Assembly (NCBI GenBank): GCA_964549305.1
Contig: CAZJVM010000031.1
Location: 1-31,204, forward strand
Source of the DNA: an uncultured bacterium
GTDB taxonomy: Bacteria; Schekmanbacteria; GWA2-38-11; J061
Length of the DNA: 31,204 bases
Direction of reading: 5' to 3'
Shown here: piece by piece, positions 7,916 to 17,078 of the stretch
How the letters are laid out: every line of letters begins with the position of its first letter
Position numbering within the stretch: the first letter of the stretch is position 1
Notes under the pieces: generated by a model
What the model saw: only the letters and a program-made list of their open reading frames with translations
Database searches by the model: none
Told to the model about the DNA's origin: nothing
Made by a program: the position numbers and the translations under genes

Positions 7916-8693
7916 CAGTTTATTCTTTCACATACCCTTTGAGTATGTAGAGCAGTTATCAAAATACATAATCGAACGGAAGCTCGACCTTGAAATATAT
8001 TTCAGAGCGGATATTCTCGACAAAACGCCTTCGTCACAATATGAAAAGATAAGCTCTCTTCTCGTTGAAAACGGAATACGATGCACTTTTCACGCCCCTT
8101 TTATGGATCTGAGTCCCGGCGGAATCGACAGCAAAATTCGTGAAATCAGCCTACTGAGGATGAAGCAGGTTTGCAACGCGGCATCCTGCTTTCATCCATT
8201 ATCGATAGTTGTCCATTCAGGATACGACAAATGGCGTTTTTCATCGGTAAAAGAAAAATGGACAGAAAAAAGCGTTTCCGCGTGGAAGGAAATTCTCAAT
8301 GCCCTTCCCTATGACGACATCCTGCTCTGTCTTGAAAACGTCTTTGAAGACCATCCTTCGACAATCATAGACGTATGTAAAGGAATAAACAGTAAAAATT
8401 TCAAAATTTGTTTCGACACAGGGCATTTTAACCTCTTTTCGACTATTTCCCTGACAGAATGGATTAACCTGATAGCGCCATATCTTGGAGAAATTCACCT
8501 GCACGACAACTCAGGAAAAGCTGATGAGCATAATGCCATAGGAAACGGAACTGTCAATTTTGTAACACTCTTTGAGCTAATCAAACCTCTTGAAAAACCA
8601 ATTTTAACCATCGAGGCGCATTCAAGCGAAAATGTCCTGAAGAGCATAGAGAACCTGAACAAAATTTTGACGGATTCCGGATTTTACACTTAA
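7902..8693 (+). CDS. Sugar-phosphate isomerase/epimerase family protein (xylose isomerase-like / AP-endonuclease-2 TIM barrel)
   Basis: FHAPF.DL, LENVFE, CFDTGH, IHLHDN.G..DEH..IG.G and TIEAH metal-binding motifs; overlaps the M48 gene by 14 bp. Confidence 0.85.
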   Translation: MNQNNSLFFHIPFEYVEQLSKYIIERKLDLEIYFRADILDKTPSSQYEKISSLLVENGIRCTFHAPFMDLSPGGIDSKIREISLLRMKQVCNAASCFHPLSIVVHSGYDKWRFSSVKEKWTEKSVSAWKEILNALPYDDILLCLENVFEDHPSTIIDVCKGINSKNFKICFDTGHFNLFSTISLTEWINLIAPYLGEIHLHDNSGKADEHNAIGNGTVNFVTLFELIKPLEKPILTIEAHSSENVLKSIENLNKILTDSGFYT

Positions 8694-8730
8694 ATCACAT
8701 TTCAACAACCGCTGTGAAACAGATTATTCC

Positions 8731-8759
8731 TTGACAAAACCCCTCTCTATTCTTATAAG
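8731..8759 (+). promoter_or_regulatory. Sigma70-type promoter of nfnAB
   Basis: TTGACA-N17-TATAAG, 50 nt upstream of the ATG at 8810; GGAAGG RBS-like sequence. Confidence 0.7.
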
Positions 8760-8809
8760 CAAGCGCAATTTAAACTTTTAATCCCTGTGATTGGACGGAA
8801 GGTAGAAAA

Positions 8810-9664
8810 ATGTTTGAAGTCATTGAAAAAAGGGTACTTTCTCCTGTTGTAAGTCTTTTAAAGTTCAGTGCTCCGCACATTGCAAAATCAAGAAAACCGG
8901 GGCAATTCATTATTTTTCAGATTGATGAGAATGGTGAAAGAGTGCCTCTTACGATTGCTGATTCTAATCCCGAAGAAGGATCAATCACTCTGATTTGCCA
9001 AAGTGTAGGTAAATCAACGAGACAGTTTAACTCTCTTGAAAAAGGAGACAAACTTACGAGTCTCGTAGGACCTCTCGGAAAACCTTCCCATATCGAAAAC
9101 TTCGGAAATGCCGTATGCGTGGGAGGAGGTCTTGGAATCGCAGTGGTTTACCCCCTTGGCAAGGCATTGAAAGAAGCCGGAAATCGTGTCGATTCCATAA
9201 TGGGCTTTCGTTCAAAGGAATTGCTTTTTATGGAAGAAGAATTACGTTCCATCTCCGACGAACTTCACATCGTTACTGATGACGGAAGTTATGTGAGAAG
9301 AGGATTGGTAACGGATGTGTTAAAAGAGCTGATTGAAAAGGGACAGAAAATCGACATAGTTTTCGCCGTCGGTCCCGTGCCGATGATGAACGCCGTTTGC
9401 CAACTCACGAAAAAATATAATATAAATACAGTAGTAAGTCTTAACCCCATTATGGTTGACGGTACGGGAATGTGCGGTGCCTGTAGAGTGACAGTCGACA
9501 ACAAGACACAGTTTGTCTGTGTTGACGGACCTGAATTTGACGGACACAAAGTGGATTTTGTGGAACTTTCCAAAAGGCAGGCTTTTTACAGAGACAATGA
9601 AAAGAAAGCCCTTGAGATGAACGACCATAAAAAATGCTGGGAAAAGGAATCTAAAACAAAATGA
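8810..9664 (+). CDS. nfnA: NADH-dependent reduced ferredoxin:NADP oxidoreductase small subunit NfnA (PyrK/SudB-like FAD/[2Fe-2S] protein)
   Basis: PGQF, GERVPLT, GPLG, VGGG.G, TDDGS.G, GPVPMM and MVDGTGMCGACRV...CVDGPEF (Asp plus 3 Cys [2Fe-2S] ligation); ATGA overlap with the next gene. Confidence 0.88.
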   Translation: MFEVIEKRVLSPVVSLLKFSAPHIAKSRKPGQFIIFQIDENGERVPLTIADSNPEEGSITLICQSVGKSTRQFNSLEKGDKLTSLVGPLGKPSHIENFGNAVCVGGGLGIAVVYPLGKALKEAGNRVDSIMGFRSKELLFMEEELRSISDELHIVTDDGSYVRRGLVTDVLKELIEKGQKIDIVFAVGPVPMMNAVCQLTKKYNINTVVSLNPIMVDGTGMCGACRVTVDNKTQFVCVDGPEFDGHKVDFVELSKRQAFYRDNEKKALEMNDHKKCWEKESKTK

Positions 9665-11073
9665 GCGCTAATGAACTGACTCCGAAAGAGAGAATGCAGA
9701 TATCGAGGCAGAGTATGCCTGAGCAGGACCCTAATGCAAGAAACAAAAATTTCGAACAGGTAAATCTTGGCCTTGCGGAAGAAATTGCATTGATGGAAGC
9801 AAAGAGATGCCTTCAGTGTAAAAATCCCGCCTGTGTGGCAGGTTGTCCCGTAGGAATAGATATTCCTGCCTTCATCAAGCTTATAGCCGAAGGCAAGTAT
9901 CTCGAAGCGGCGCAGAAGATAAAGGAAAAGAATTCTCTTCCCGCAGTGTGCGGAAGAGTTTGCCCTCAGGAAGAACAATGTGAAGGACGCTGTGTATTGC
10001 TCAAGAAATCCTCACCCGTAGGAGTGGGAAACCTCGAAAGATTTGCCGCTGATTTTGAAATGGCAATGGGCGCGGCAAAGATTCCGGTGCTTCCTAAGTC
10101 AACGGGAAAAAAGGTGGCTGTTATCGGAGCAGGTCCGTCGGGATTGAGCGCCGCAGGCGAGCTTGCAAAGATGGGTCATCAGGTAACCATATTCGAAGCA
10201 CTTCATAAATCGGGAGGAGTTCTCATATACGGCATCCCGGAATTCCGCCTTCCAAAAAAGATTCTTCAGGTTGAAATCGATTACGTGCAAAAACTCGGCG
10301 TAGAAATAGTAAATAATTTCGTAATCGGAAAGACAAAGACTCTTGACGAGCTTCTTTCAAAGGGATTTGACGCGGCATTTATAGGGTCAGGCGCGGGTCT
10401 TCCGTATTTTATGAATATTCCTGGTGAAAACCTTAACGGTGTTTACTCTGCAAACGAATATCTCACCAGAAACAACCTTATGAAAGCATACCTCTTCCCC
10501 GATTACGACACACCAATCTTCAGGGGAAAAAATGTTGCCGTTATAGGCGGCGGAAATACGGCAATGGATGCCGTTAGGACTTCAAAGAGACTTGGAGCAG
10601 ATCATTCCTATATAGTCTATCGCCGTTCAAGAGCCGAAATGCCCGCAAGAGCCGAAGAAATCAAACACGCGGGGGAAGAAGGCATCGAATTCCTTTTGCT
10701 CAACAATCCCCTTAACATCCTCGGAGACGAAAAAGGTTGGGTCAAAGGAATGGAGTGTATAAAAATGGAACTCGGCGAACCCGATGACTCCGGAAGAAGA
10801 AGACCGGTGCCCATTGAAGGGTCGGAATTCATTCTCGACGTGGATACGGTAATAGTTGCAATCGGAAACGGCGCAAATCCACTCATTCCTATGACAACAG
10901 GCGGAATAGACACAAACAAATACGGAAACATAACAGTCGATACCGCATCGGGAGAAACAAGCAAAAAAGGAGTTTTCGCCGGAGGGGACATTGTACGAGG
11001 AGGCGCGACGGTCATTCTTGCAATGGGAGACGGGAAGGTTTCCGCAAATTCAATAAATGAATACCTGAAGTAA
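9661..11073 (+). CDS. nfnB: NfnB large subunit (GltD/SudA-like, often annotated homotetrameric glutamate synthase gltA)
   Basis: RCLQC...C...CP and CGRVCPQEEQCE..C Fe-S motifs, GAGPSG FAD site, YGIPEFRLP, GGGNTAMD, YRRS NADPH site, FAGGD; no gltB adjacent. Confidence 0.88.
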   Translation: MSANELTPKERMQISRQSMPEQDPNARNKNFEQVNLGLAEEIALMEAKRCLQCKNPACVAGCPVGIDIPAFIKLIAEGKYLEAAQKIKEKNSLPAVCGRVCPQEEQCEGRCVLLKKSSPVGVGNLERFAADFEMAMGAAKIPVLPKSTGKKVAVIGAGPSGLSAAGELAKMGHQVTIFEALHKSGGVLIYGIPEFRLPKKILQVEIDYVQKLGVEIVNNFVIGKTKTLDELLSKGFDAAFIGSGAGLPYFMNIPGENLNGVYSANEYLTRNNLMKAYLFPDYDTPIFRGKNVAVIGGGNTAMDAVRTSKRLGADHSYIVYRRSRAEMPARAEEIKHAGEEGIEFLLLNNPLNILGDEKGWVKGMECIKMELGEPDDSGRRRPVPIEGSEFILDVDTVIVAIGNGANPLIPMTTGGIDTNKYGNITVDTASGETSKKGVFAGGDIVRGGATVILAMGDGKVSANSINEYLK

Positions 11074-11075
11074 AA

Positions 11076-12698
11076 TCACAACGAAAAGTTTTGCATATAG
11101 ATATCGCGTAATTTCTTTTTGGAAACACCGGCATCAATAAAATCCCAGGGAAATGCCTCATCGGCTTTTCTTTCTCTGTGGACATAATAATCAGCGTTTA
11201 TTTCAGACTCCCTCATTGCCTTTTTCCAATCCCCGTCAAACTTAAGGGCGTTCAGAAGTATATCGCCTGTTTTTCTGTCTCCTCTTGAAAATACACCCTG
11301 AATCCGCGCGTACTTCGGAAGGTCACAATTAAATATCACTCCATTCATTTTTGAAAAAGCGCTTCTTAAAGACGAAAGTTTTGTTTTCAATGTTTTTTCA
11401 TTATCCATTGCGGACCATTGAAGCGGAGTAAAAGGTTTCGGGACAAAGGAAGATACGCTTACAAAAATTCTCAAACCCGCCGACTTTCTCTCAGATGCCT
11501 TCTTTATCTTTTTAACCAAAAGAGCGATATCCTTTACATCCCCTAATGTCTCTCCGGGAAATCCAACCATAAAATAAAGTTTTATGTTTTTCACTCCATT
11601 CGCGGATATTGATGAAATTCGGACAACTATTTCCTCGTCGCTGATTTTTTTCCCCGCGGAATATCTTAACAATTCATTTCCACACTCGGGGGCAAGGGTT
11701 ATTGTCTGCTGTCCGCTTTCTGAGATGAACTTTATAAAATCGTCGTTAAGGTCTTCAAATCTTATGGAGGAAAAAGAAACTTCAATCTTTCTTTTCTCAA
11801 TTCCCTCGCGCAACGCGCTCATTCGTTCTCCTTTTCCCGTAAAACAACTCACAAGCCCAACACGCCCCGTATTTCTCATTCCATAATCAATATGCCCGAA
11901 AACCTTTTCCAGACTTTTGACTCTTGGACTTCCGTAGTAATTTCCAAGCAGGCAGAATCTACAGGCAGAAGCGCAACCTCTCGACATTTCAACAAGGTGC
12001 ATAGAGGAGAATTCGGCAAGGGGAGTTATAATTCTCGAATAGGAGGAGGATTCATTCATATCGTCAAGTCTTGAAACGGAAACTGTCTCATCTTCGTTTT
12101 TTTCGGAAGAAGGAAGATAAGCGCCTCTGACTTTTGAAATCGCCTTCAGATAATATTCCTTTTTTTCTCCTCCTGACGCGCCGTCTATCCTTTTGCAAAA
12201 AGAAGGGAGAATAGATTCGGCATCGCCTAAAAGAAAAACATCCATAAAGTCGGAAAGCGGTTCGGGATTTGAAGATACAGCTATGCCTCCGACAGCGACA
12301 AGAGGCGCTCTTTCGTCCCTTTCTTCGCGGCGAAGAGGGATTCCGGAATATTCCAGAATTTTTAAAATATTTATATAATCATTCTCAAAGGACGCGGAAA
12401 AAAAGATTATATGAAAATCCCTGAGAGCCCTGAGTGATTCCAGTGATAAAAGGTCATTGCCCTTTTTCCCTAACTTATCCCATGCATCGTATTCAGGCAG
12501 AAACGCTCTTTCACAAACGATATTTTTCCGCTCATTGAGTATTCCGTAAACAGTCTGAAATCCGAGGTTGGACATTCCGACTCTGTAAAAATTCGGATAT
12601 ACGACTACGCATTTTACCTTCCCTTCGGGATTCAGCGCATAGGCGCCTTTCTCCGATGAAAGGATTTCATCGCGATTGGATATAAAAGATTTTTTCAT
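11076..12698 (-). CDS. Uncharacterised radical SAM protein with B12-binding-like N-terminal region (TIGR03960-like)
   Basis: RGCASACRFC (CxxxCxxC); YPNFYRVGMSNLG, NPEPL.DF.D, T.APE, KLYFMVG.PGE and FVPKPFTPLQW motifs. Confidence 0.85.
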   Translation of the reverse strand: MKKSFISNRDEILSSEKGAYALNPEGKVKCVVVYPNFYRVGMSNLGFQTVYGILNERKNIVCERAFLPEYDAWDKLGKKGNDLLSLESLRALRDFHIIFFSASFENDYINILKILEYSGIPLRREERDERAPLVAVGGIAVSSNPEPLSDFMDVFLLGDAESILPSFCKRIDGASGGEKKEYYLKAISKVRGAYLPSSEKNEDETVSVSRLDDMNESSSYSRIITPLAEFSSMHLVEMSRGCASACRFCLLGNYYGSPRVKSLEKVFGHIDYGMRNTGRVGLVSCFTGKGERMSALREGIEKRKIEVSFSSIRFEDLNDDFIKFISESGQQTITLAPECGNELLRYSAGKKISDEEIVVRISSISANGVKNIKLYFMVGFPGETLGDVKDIALLVKKIKKASERKSAGLRIFVSVSSFVPKPFTPLQWSAMDNEKTLKTKLSSLRSAFSKMNGVIFNCDLPKYARIQGVFSRGDRKTGDILLNALKFDGDWKKAMRESEINADYYVHRERKADEAFPWDFIDAGVSKKKLRDIYMQNFSL

Positions 12699-12746
12699 CT
12701 CAAAGGATGAAATAACAAAATTCCCGACTTTACGACAGAAATATTA

Positions 12747-13964
12747 TCAGTCTGCACCTCTTCTGAAAAAAGCCGGGATGGACCAGTCGTTCTTCTTTTG
12801 CTTAGATTTCTCCCGGGAATTCTCACTTCGTTCCATCATTTTTTTTTTATTGTTAAACCTTATATAAGCGGGAATGTTTTTATTCTCGTTGTCCAAAGGT
12901 ATTAACTCGGTTTCATCGATATCAGGGACATTTATATCCATATCCTCCGGTTTATTCTTTATGACTTCCTGAGTTTTTTCAAAACCCGTGCCGATTACCG
13001 TAACCTTGACTAATCCCTTCGATTCATCATCAACTACATGACCTACAATTATATTAGCGTCATCATCCACTATCTCGTTTACAATGTTCAGGGCTTCAGT
13101 CATTTCATCGAGAGTCAACTTGCTGTCACCGGTAATATTCACCAAAACTCCCGTCGCGCCTTCAATTGACCCTTCTTCGATAAGCGGGCTTGAAATAGCT
13201 TTCTCTACGGCGTCTATTACCTTCCCGTCGCCCCCTTCGGACATTCCGGTACCCATTATAGCTCTTCCCTTCTGTGACATTATCGCCCTTACATCGGCGA
13301 AATCAACGTTGATATATCCGGGCTTTACGATTATATCCGATATGCCCTGAACTGCCTGATGAAGCACATCGTCGGCGAGTTTATATGATTCGAGAGTTGT
13401 AAGATTTTTTCCCGCTATACTCATTAAACGCTGGTTGGGAATGACAATGAGGCTGTCAACGGAATTTTTTAATTCTTCTGTTCCCGCTTCCGCGACCCTC
13501 ATTCTTTTTTTGCCCTCGAGCAAAAAGGGCTTTGTTACCACACCCACGGTCAGAGCACCGCTTTCCTTAGCCACCTCTGCAATAACGGGCGCCGCGCCGG
13601 TTCCCGTACCGCCTCCCATTCCCGCCGTTATAAAAACCATATCAGTGTCCGCGCACATCTCTTTAATCTTTTCTATATCCTCGAGAGCCGAACGGCGCCC
13701 CACATCGGGCTCCGCTCCCGCGCCCAGTCCGCGCGTAATGGTCTGCCCTATCTGAAGTTTGAATTCCGCTCTTGAGTTGTCGAGCGCCTGCACATCGGTG
13801 TTGATTGCCACAAAATCCACTCCCGTAATCTGCTGCATCTGAATCATAGTATTTACGGCATTTCCGCCGCACCCTCCCACGCCGATGACTTTTATTTTTG
13901 CTTTTTTTATAACTTCCGTATACTCGATTGTCATACCGCCGCTACTTATATTATTTCCGTCCAT
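12747..13964 (-). CDS. ftsZ: Cell division GTPase FtsZ
   Basis: IKVIGVGGCGGNAV, AGMGGGTGTGAAP tubulin signature, INVDFADVR T7 loop, C-terminal IPAFFRR; AGGGGAG RBS. Confidence 0.99.
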   Translation of the reverse strand: MDGNNISSGGMTIEYTEVIKKAKIKVIGVGGCGGNAVNTMIQMQQITGVDFVAINTDVQALDNSRAEFKLQIGQTITRGLGAGAEPDVGRRSALEDIEKIKEMCADTDMVFITAGMGGGTGTGAAPVIAEVAKESGALTVGVVTKPFLLEGKKRMRVAEAGTEELKNSVDSLIVIPNQRLMSIAGKNLTTLESYKLADDVLHQAVQGISDIIVKPGYINVDFADVRAIMSQKGRAIMGTGMSEGGDGKVIDAVEKAISSPLIEEGSIEGATGVLVNITGDSKLTLDEMTEALNIVNEIVDDDANIIVGHVVDDESKGLVKVTVIGTGFEKTQEVIKNKPEDMDINVPDIDETELIPLDNENKNIPAYIRFNNKKKMMERSENSREKSKQKKNDWSIPAFFRRGAD

Positions 13965-13987
13965 TTATTTTCTCCCCTTATAATTAA

Positions 13988-15202
13988 TTAAACAAATTCC
14001 TGAAGCCAGCTCATAAAACTGCGCATAAAACCGTTAGAGGAAACCACGTATCCCTGGTCAGCTTTCATTCCGTAAAGGCAAAGCCCCACAAGAGTTGAAT
14101 ATATGGGGTTCCTCACTTTTTCCACGAGGCCTCCCCCCACATCTCCCGGAGCCGCCATTCTGACGGGAAGGGTGAAGATACGACTTGCCAAAGTATCTGT
14201 CCCTTCCAGAAGCGTGGCGCCGCCCGTAAGAACAATTCCGGATGCTACGAGCTCCTTGACACCTGATTTATTGATTTCCTGTTTCGCGATGGAAAGGATT
14301 TCCTGAACTCTCGGTTCGATAATCTCGCCCAGTATTTTTTTGGAAACAGGAACATTCGCCTGCCCGCCCATTCTTTCCACTTCCACTGTTTCATCTCCCT
14401 TGATCAGTGCGGAATGAGCGCTGCCGTACTTTATCTTCAGGCTCTCCGCCTCCTTTTTAGGAATATGAAACCCCACAGCAATATCATTCGTAATGTGGTC
14501 GCCTCCGAGGTCGAACATGGACGTAAACTTTACACTTCCATTATAATAGATAGCGATATCCGTAGTTCCCGCGCCTATGTCTATGAGCGCCACACCGAGT
14601 TCCTTTTCGTCTTCGGTGAGAACCGCTTCGGCGGAGGCAATCTGTTGAAGGACTATTTCCTCTATCTCGAGTCCCGCCTTGTTGCAGCTTTTCATCACAT
14701 TCTGAATCGACGTGGTCGCTCCCGTAACTATGTGCACCTTAGCTTCCAGCCTTATTCCCGCAAGTCCCATGGGATCTTTTATTCCGCCCTGGTTGTCAAT
14801 CATATATTCCTGCGGCAGAACGTGAACCAATTGCCTTTCACGAGGGATTGCCACAGCAGTCGCATTGTCTATTACCCTTTGGATATCTTTCTTTTTCACT
14901 TCCCTATCGTTGATTATTACAAGCCCGTTACTGCTCAAGCCCTTGATATGGGAACCGCCTATTCCGGTGAAGACACTGTTGATTTCCTCTCCTGCCATAA
15001 CTTCCGCGTCTTCCACTGCTTTCTGGATTGCTTCAACGGTGCTTTCGATATTGACGACAACACCGCTTCGCAGTCCTTTGAAATCGGCAGTGCCGATTCC
15101 TATGATTTCAAAACCTCCTTCTTCCTTCTTCTGCGCCACAAGCGCGCCTACCTTCGAACTTCCGATTTCAAGCCCTGCAACAATATTATTTTTCTTGACC
15201 AT
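13988..15202 (-). CDS. ftsA: Cell division protein FtsA (start corrected to MVKKNN)
   Basis: GLEIGSSK, GVVVNIE, DIGAGTTD, GIVLTGG and a C-terminal amphipathic helix FMSWLQEF; GGAG RBS at 15209-15212 supports the ATG at 15202 over 15268. Confidence 0.97.
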   Translation of the reverse strand: MVKKNNIVAGLEIGSSKVGALVAQKKEEGGFEIIGIGTADFKGLRSGVVVNIESTVEAIQKAVEDAEVMAGEEINSVFTGIGGSHIKGLSSNGLVIINDREVKKKDIQRVIDNATAVAIPRERQLVHVLPQEYMIDNQGGIKDPMGLAGIRLEAKVHIVTGATTSIQNVMKSCNKAGLEIEEIVLQQIASAEAVLTEDEKELGVALIDIGAGTTDIAIYYNGSVKFTSMFDLGGDHITNDIAVGFHIPKKEAESLKIKYGSAHSALIKGDETVEVERMGGQANVPVSKKILGEIIEPRVQEILSIAKQEINKSGVKELVASGIVLTGGATLLEGTDTLASRIFTLPVRMAAPGDVGGGLVEKVRNPIYSTLVGLCLYGMKADQGYVVSSNGFMRSFMSWLQEFV

Positions 15203-15289
15203 ATCAATCTCCAAAATATTATAGATTAATTTTTTTACCTTTTTAAAAAATCTTAAAATAACATCCATCCCGCTGATTCCATTCTATTA

Positions 15290-16165
15290 TCAGGTGAGGT
15301 TATTGCCTCCCGCAACTATATTTTGCGTTTTTTTTCTCACAACCACCCTATCCTTGAATCTCAGGTCAAAAACATCTATTCCCTGAAATTCACTTTCCTC
15401 CAGTGTGGAAAAGACTTTTTTCAGGTTTTCCATCTTCTGATGAACCTTGTCTTTCCCCAGAAATACTCTGCATTGCTCCTGGCGAAGTTCAAATGTCACA
15501 TTATCTTCATTTGAAATATTCACCGATGATATATTTTCGTAAAACCAGGGAGCGAATGACTTAATATCCTTAATTAGAGCAATTGCCTCATAAAGGTCTT
15601 CTTCCCTCACCTTTTCGCCTGAAAGATAATTATGGTCTGCGTACAACCCGTTGATGACTTCCTTTTCTTCGGAATTGATCCCTCCTTTTGGGTCAAGGAT
15701 GACGCCGTTATCATCAATCAGTTTCAGCCCGTTGTTATCGAGCCACGCGAAAGGAGTTCTCTCCTCGATGTGTATGTATATTGAAGCGGGCAGTTTCTTT
15801 CTCACGGAAACGGTCTTTATCCACGGGATTCTCGAAAGTTCCCTGACTACACTTCGCGGATTTAGAAAAAGAAAGTTCGCATCCTCGACTCCCGCGGTTT
15901 TGATTATCTTCTGTTTTTCAAGAATATGGTTTCCTTCCACAAAGACTTTCGGTTTTCCGAGAGAGGCAAGGTCAACAGCATATTCCTTCAGGAAAACTGT
16001 TATGAGAAAAATGGAAAACAGAATCACGGCAATACGCATAATGTTGACCGATAAAACACTTTCCCCGGAATTCTTACTGTTTTTATTCTTCGTTGTACGG
16101 CTATTCCTGCCTTTTTTCCCGACTCGCTGGTCCTTTAAAATATTATTTTTTTTTCGCAATGGCAT
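15290..16165 (-). CDS. ftsQ: Cell division protein FtsQ/DivIB
   Basis: Basic cytoplasmic N-terminus, one TM helix, POTRA (VEGN...PWIK.VSVRKKLP..I.I.IEER.P.A), C-terminal DLRF; lies between ddl and ftsA. Confidence 0.92.
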   Translation of the reverse strand: MPLRKKNNILKDQRVGKKGRNSRTTKNKNSKNSGESVLSVNIMRIAVILFSIFLITVFLKEYAVDLASLGKPKVFVEGNHILEKQKIIKTAGVEDANFLFLNPRSVVRELSRIPWIKTVSVRKKLPASIYIHIEERTPFAWLDNNGLKLIDDNGVILDPKGGINSEEKEVINGLYADHNYLSGEKVREEDLYEAIALIKDIKSFAPWFYENISSVNISNEDNVTFELRQEQCRVFLGKDKVHQKMENLKKVFSTLEESEFQGIDVFDLRFKDRVVVRKKTQNIVAGGNNLT

Positions 16166-17078
16166 CCTCTAATATTTTTAAAACAAGGGTTTCAAAGTTA
16201 ATGCCCGCTTCCTTTGCAGCCATGGGAAGAAGGCTCGTTTCAGTCATTCCGGGTATCGTGTTGACCTCGAGGACAAACATTTTTCCTTTTGCGTTCATTC
16301 TAAGGTCCACTCTCGGCGCACCGGCGCATCTGAGAGCTTTGTAAGCCATAAGCGAGTAATGCCTGCACAATTCATCTTCCTCTTCAGTCAGAGGCGCCGG
16401 ACATAAATATTTTGTTTTCCCCTTTTCATACTTTGCCTCGTAATCATAGAAACCGCTTTCAGGCTTCATCTCAACGACAGGCAGGACCTGCCCGCTGAGT
16501 ATTCCCACTGTAAGGTCGCGTCCTTCTATGAACTCCTCCACAATGACCGATTTATCGAAACTAAAAGCGCTCTCAATTGCCTTTTCAAGCATTTCTTTTT
16601 CTTCCGCAATCGATATTCCTATTGTGGACCCCCCTGAGGAAGGTTTCACCACGACAGGGTATCCGATTCCTTTTTTTGTCATCATCTCTTCCGGGTTTTC
16701 TTCGTTCCCCGTCAGGGTAAAAAACCCCGGAGTTGGAATTCCACTTTCCTCAAAAATTATTTTTGAAATGTTCTTATCCATTGACACGGCACTGGAACAC
16801 ACATCACTTCCCGTATAGGGAATTCCCGCGCTTTCTAAAAATCCCTGAATTACTCCGTCCTCACCGCCCTCGCCGTGGAGGGCAAGAAAAGCGACATTGA
16901 TTTTCTCTTTTTCAACTTGCCCGATAAGCTTTTCCGCGGGATCTATGGCAACGGCGTCAAGACCCTGTTTAAGGAGAGACTGAAGAACGGCATTTCCCGT
17001 TTTAAGGGAAATATCCCTTTCAGTTGACCTTCCACCCATAAATACGCCTATCTTTCTTTTTTTAATTTCCTCAACCAC
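16143..17078 (-). CDS. ddl: D-alanine--D-alanine ligase
   Basis: GG.STER.IS, LHG..GEDG..QG, VVKP...GS..G, FYDYEAKY omega loop (Tyr, D-Ala-D-Ala type), LEVNTIPGMT; GTG start. Confidence 0.97.
   Translation of the reverse strand: MVEEIKKRKIGVFMGGRSTERDISLKTGNAVLQSLLKQGLDAVAIDPAEKLIGQVEKEKINVAFLALHGEGGEDGVIQGFLESAGIPYTGSDVCSSAVSMDKNISKIIFEESGIPTPGFFTLTGNEENPEEMMTKKGIGYPVVVKPSSGGSTIGISIAEEKEMLEKAIESAFSFDKSVIVEEFIEGRDLTVGILSGQVLPVVEMKPESGFYDYEAKYEKGKTKYLCPAPLTEEEDELCRHYSLMAYKALRCAGAPRVDLRMNAKGKMFVLEVNTIPGMTETSLLPMAAKEAGINFETLVLKILEDAIAKKK

Noticed and set aside
9661..11073. Annotation as true glutamate synthase small subunit gltD
   Set aside because: No gltB nearby, and it is coupled to an NfnA-type gene.
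14414..15229. 271-aa + strand ORF opposite ftsA
   Set aside because: Entirely antisense to a conserved gene, with no recognisable motifs or RBS; a shadow ORF.
15203..15268. 22-aa N-terminal extension of FtsA in the ORF track
   Set aside because: The downstream ATG at 15202 has a GGAG RBS and matches the normal FtsA N-terminus.
16143..17078. Possible D-Ala-D-Lac (vancomycin resistance) ligase
   Set aside because: The omega loop FYDYEAKY is the standard D-Ala-D-Ala type and the gene is in its housekeeping dcw position.
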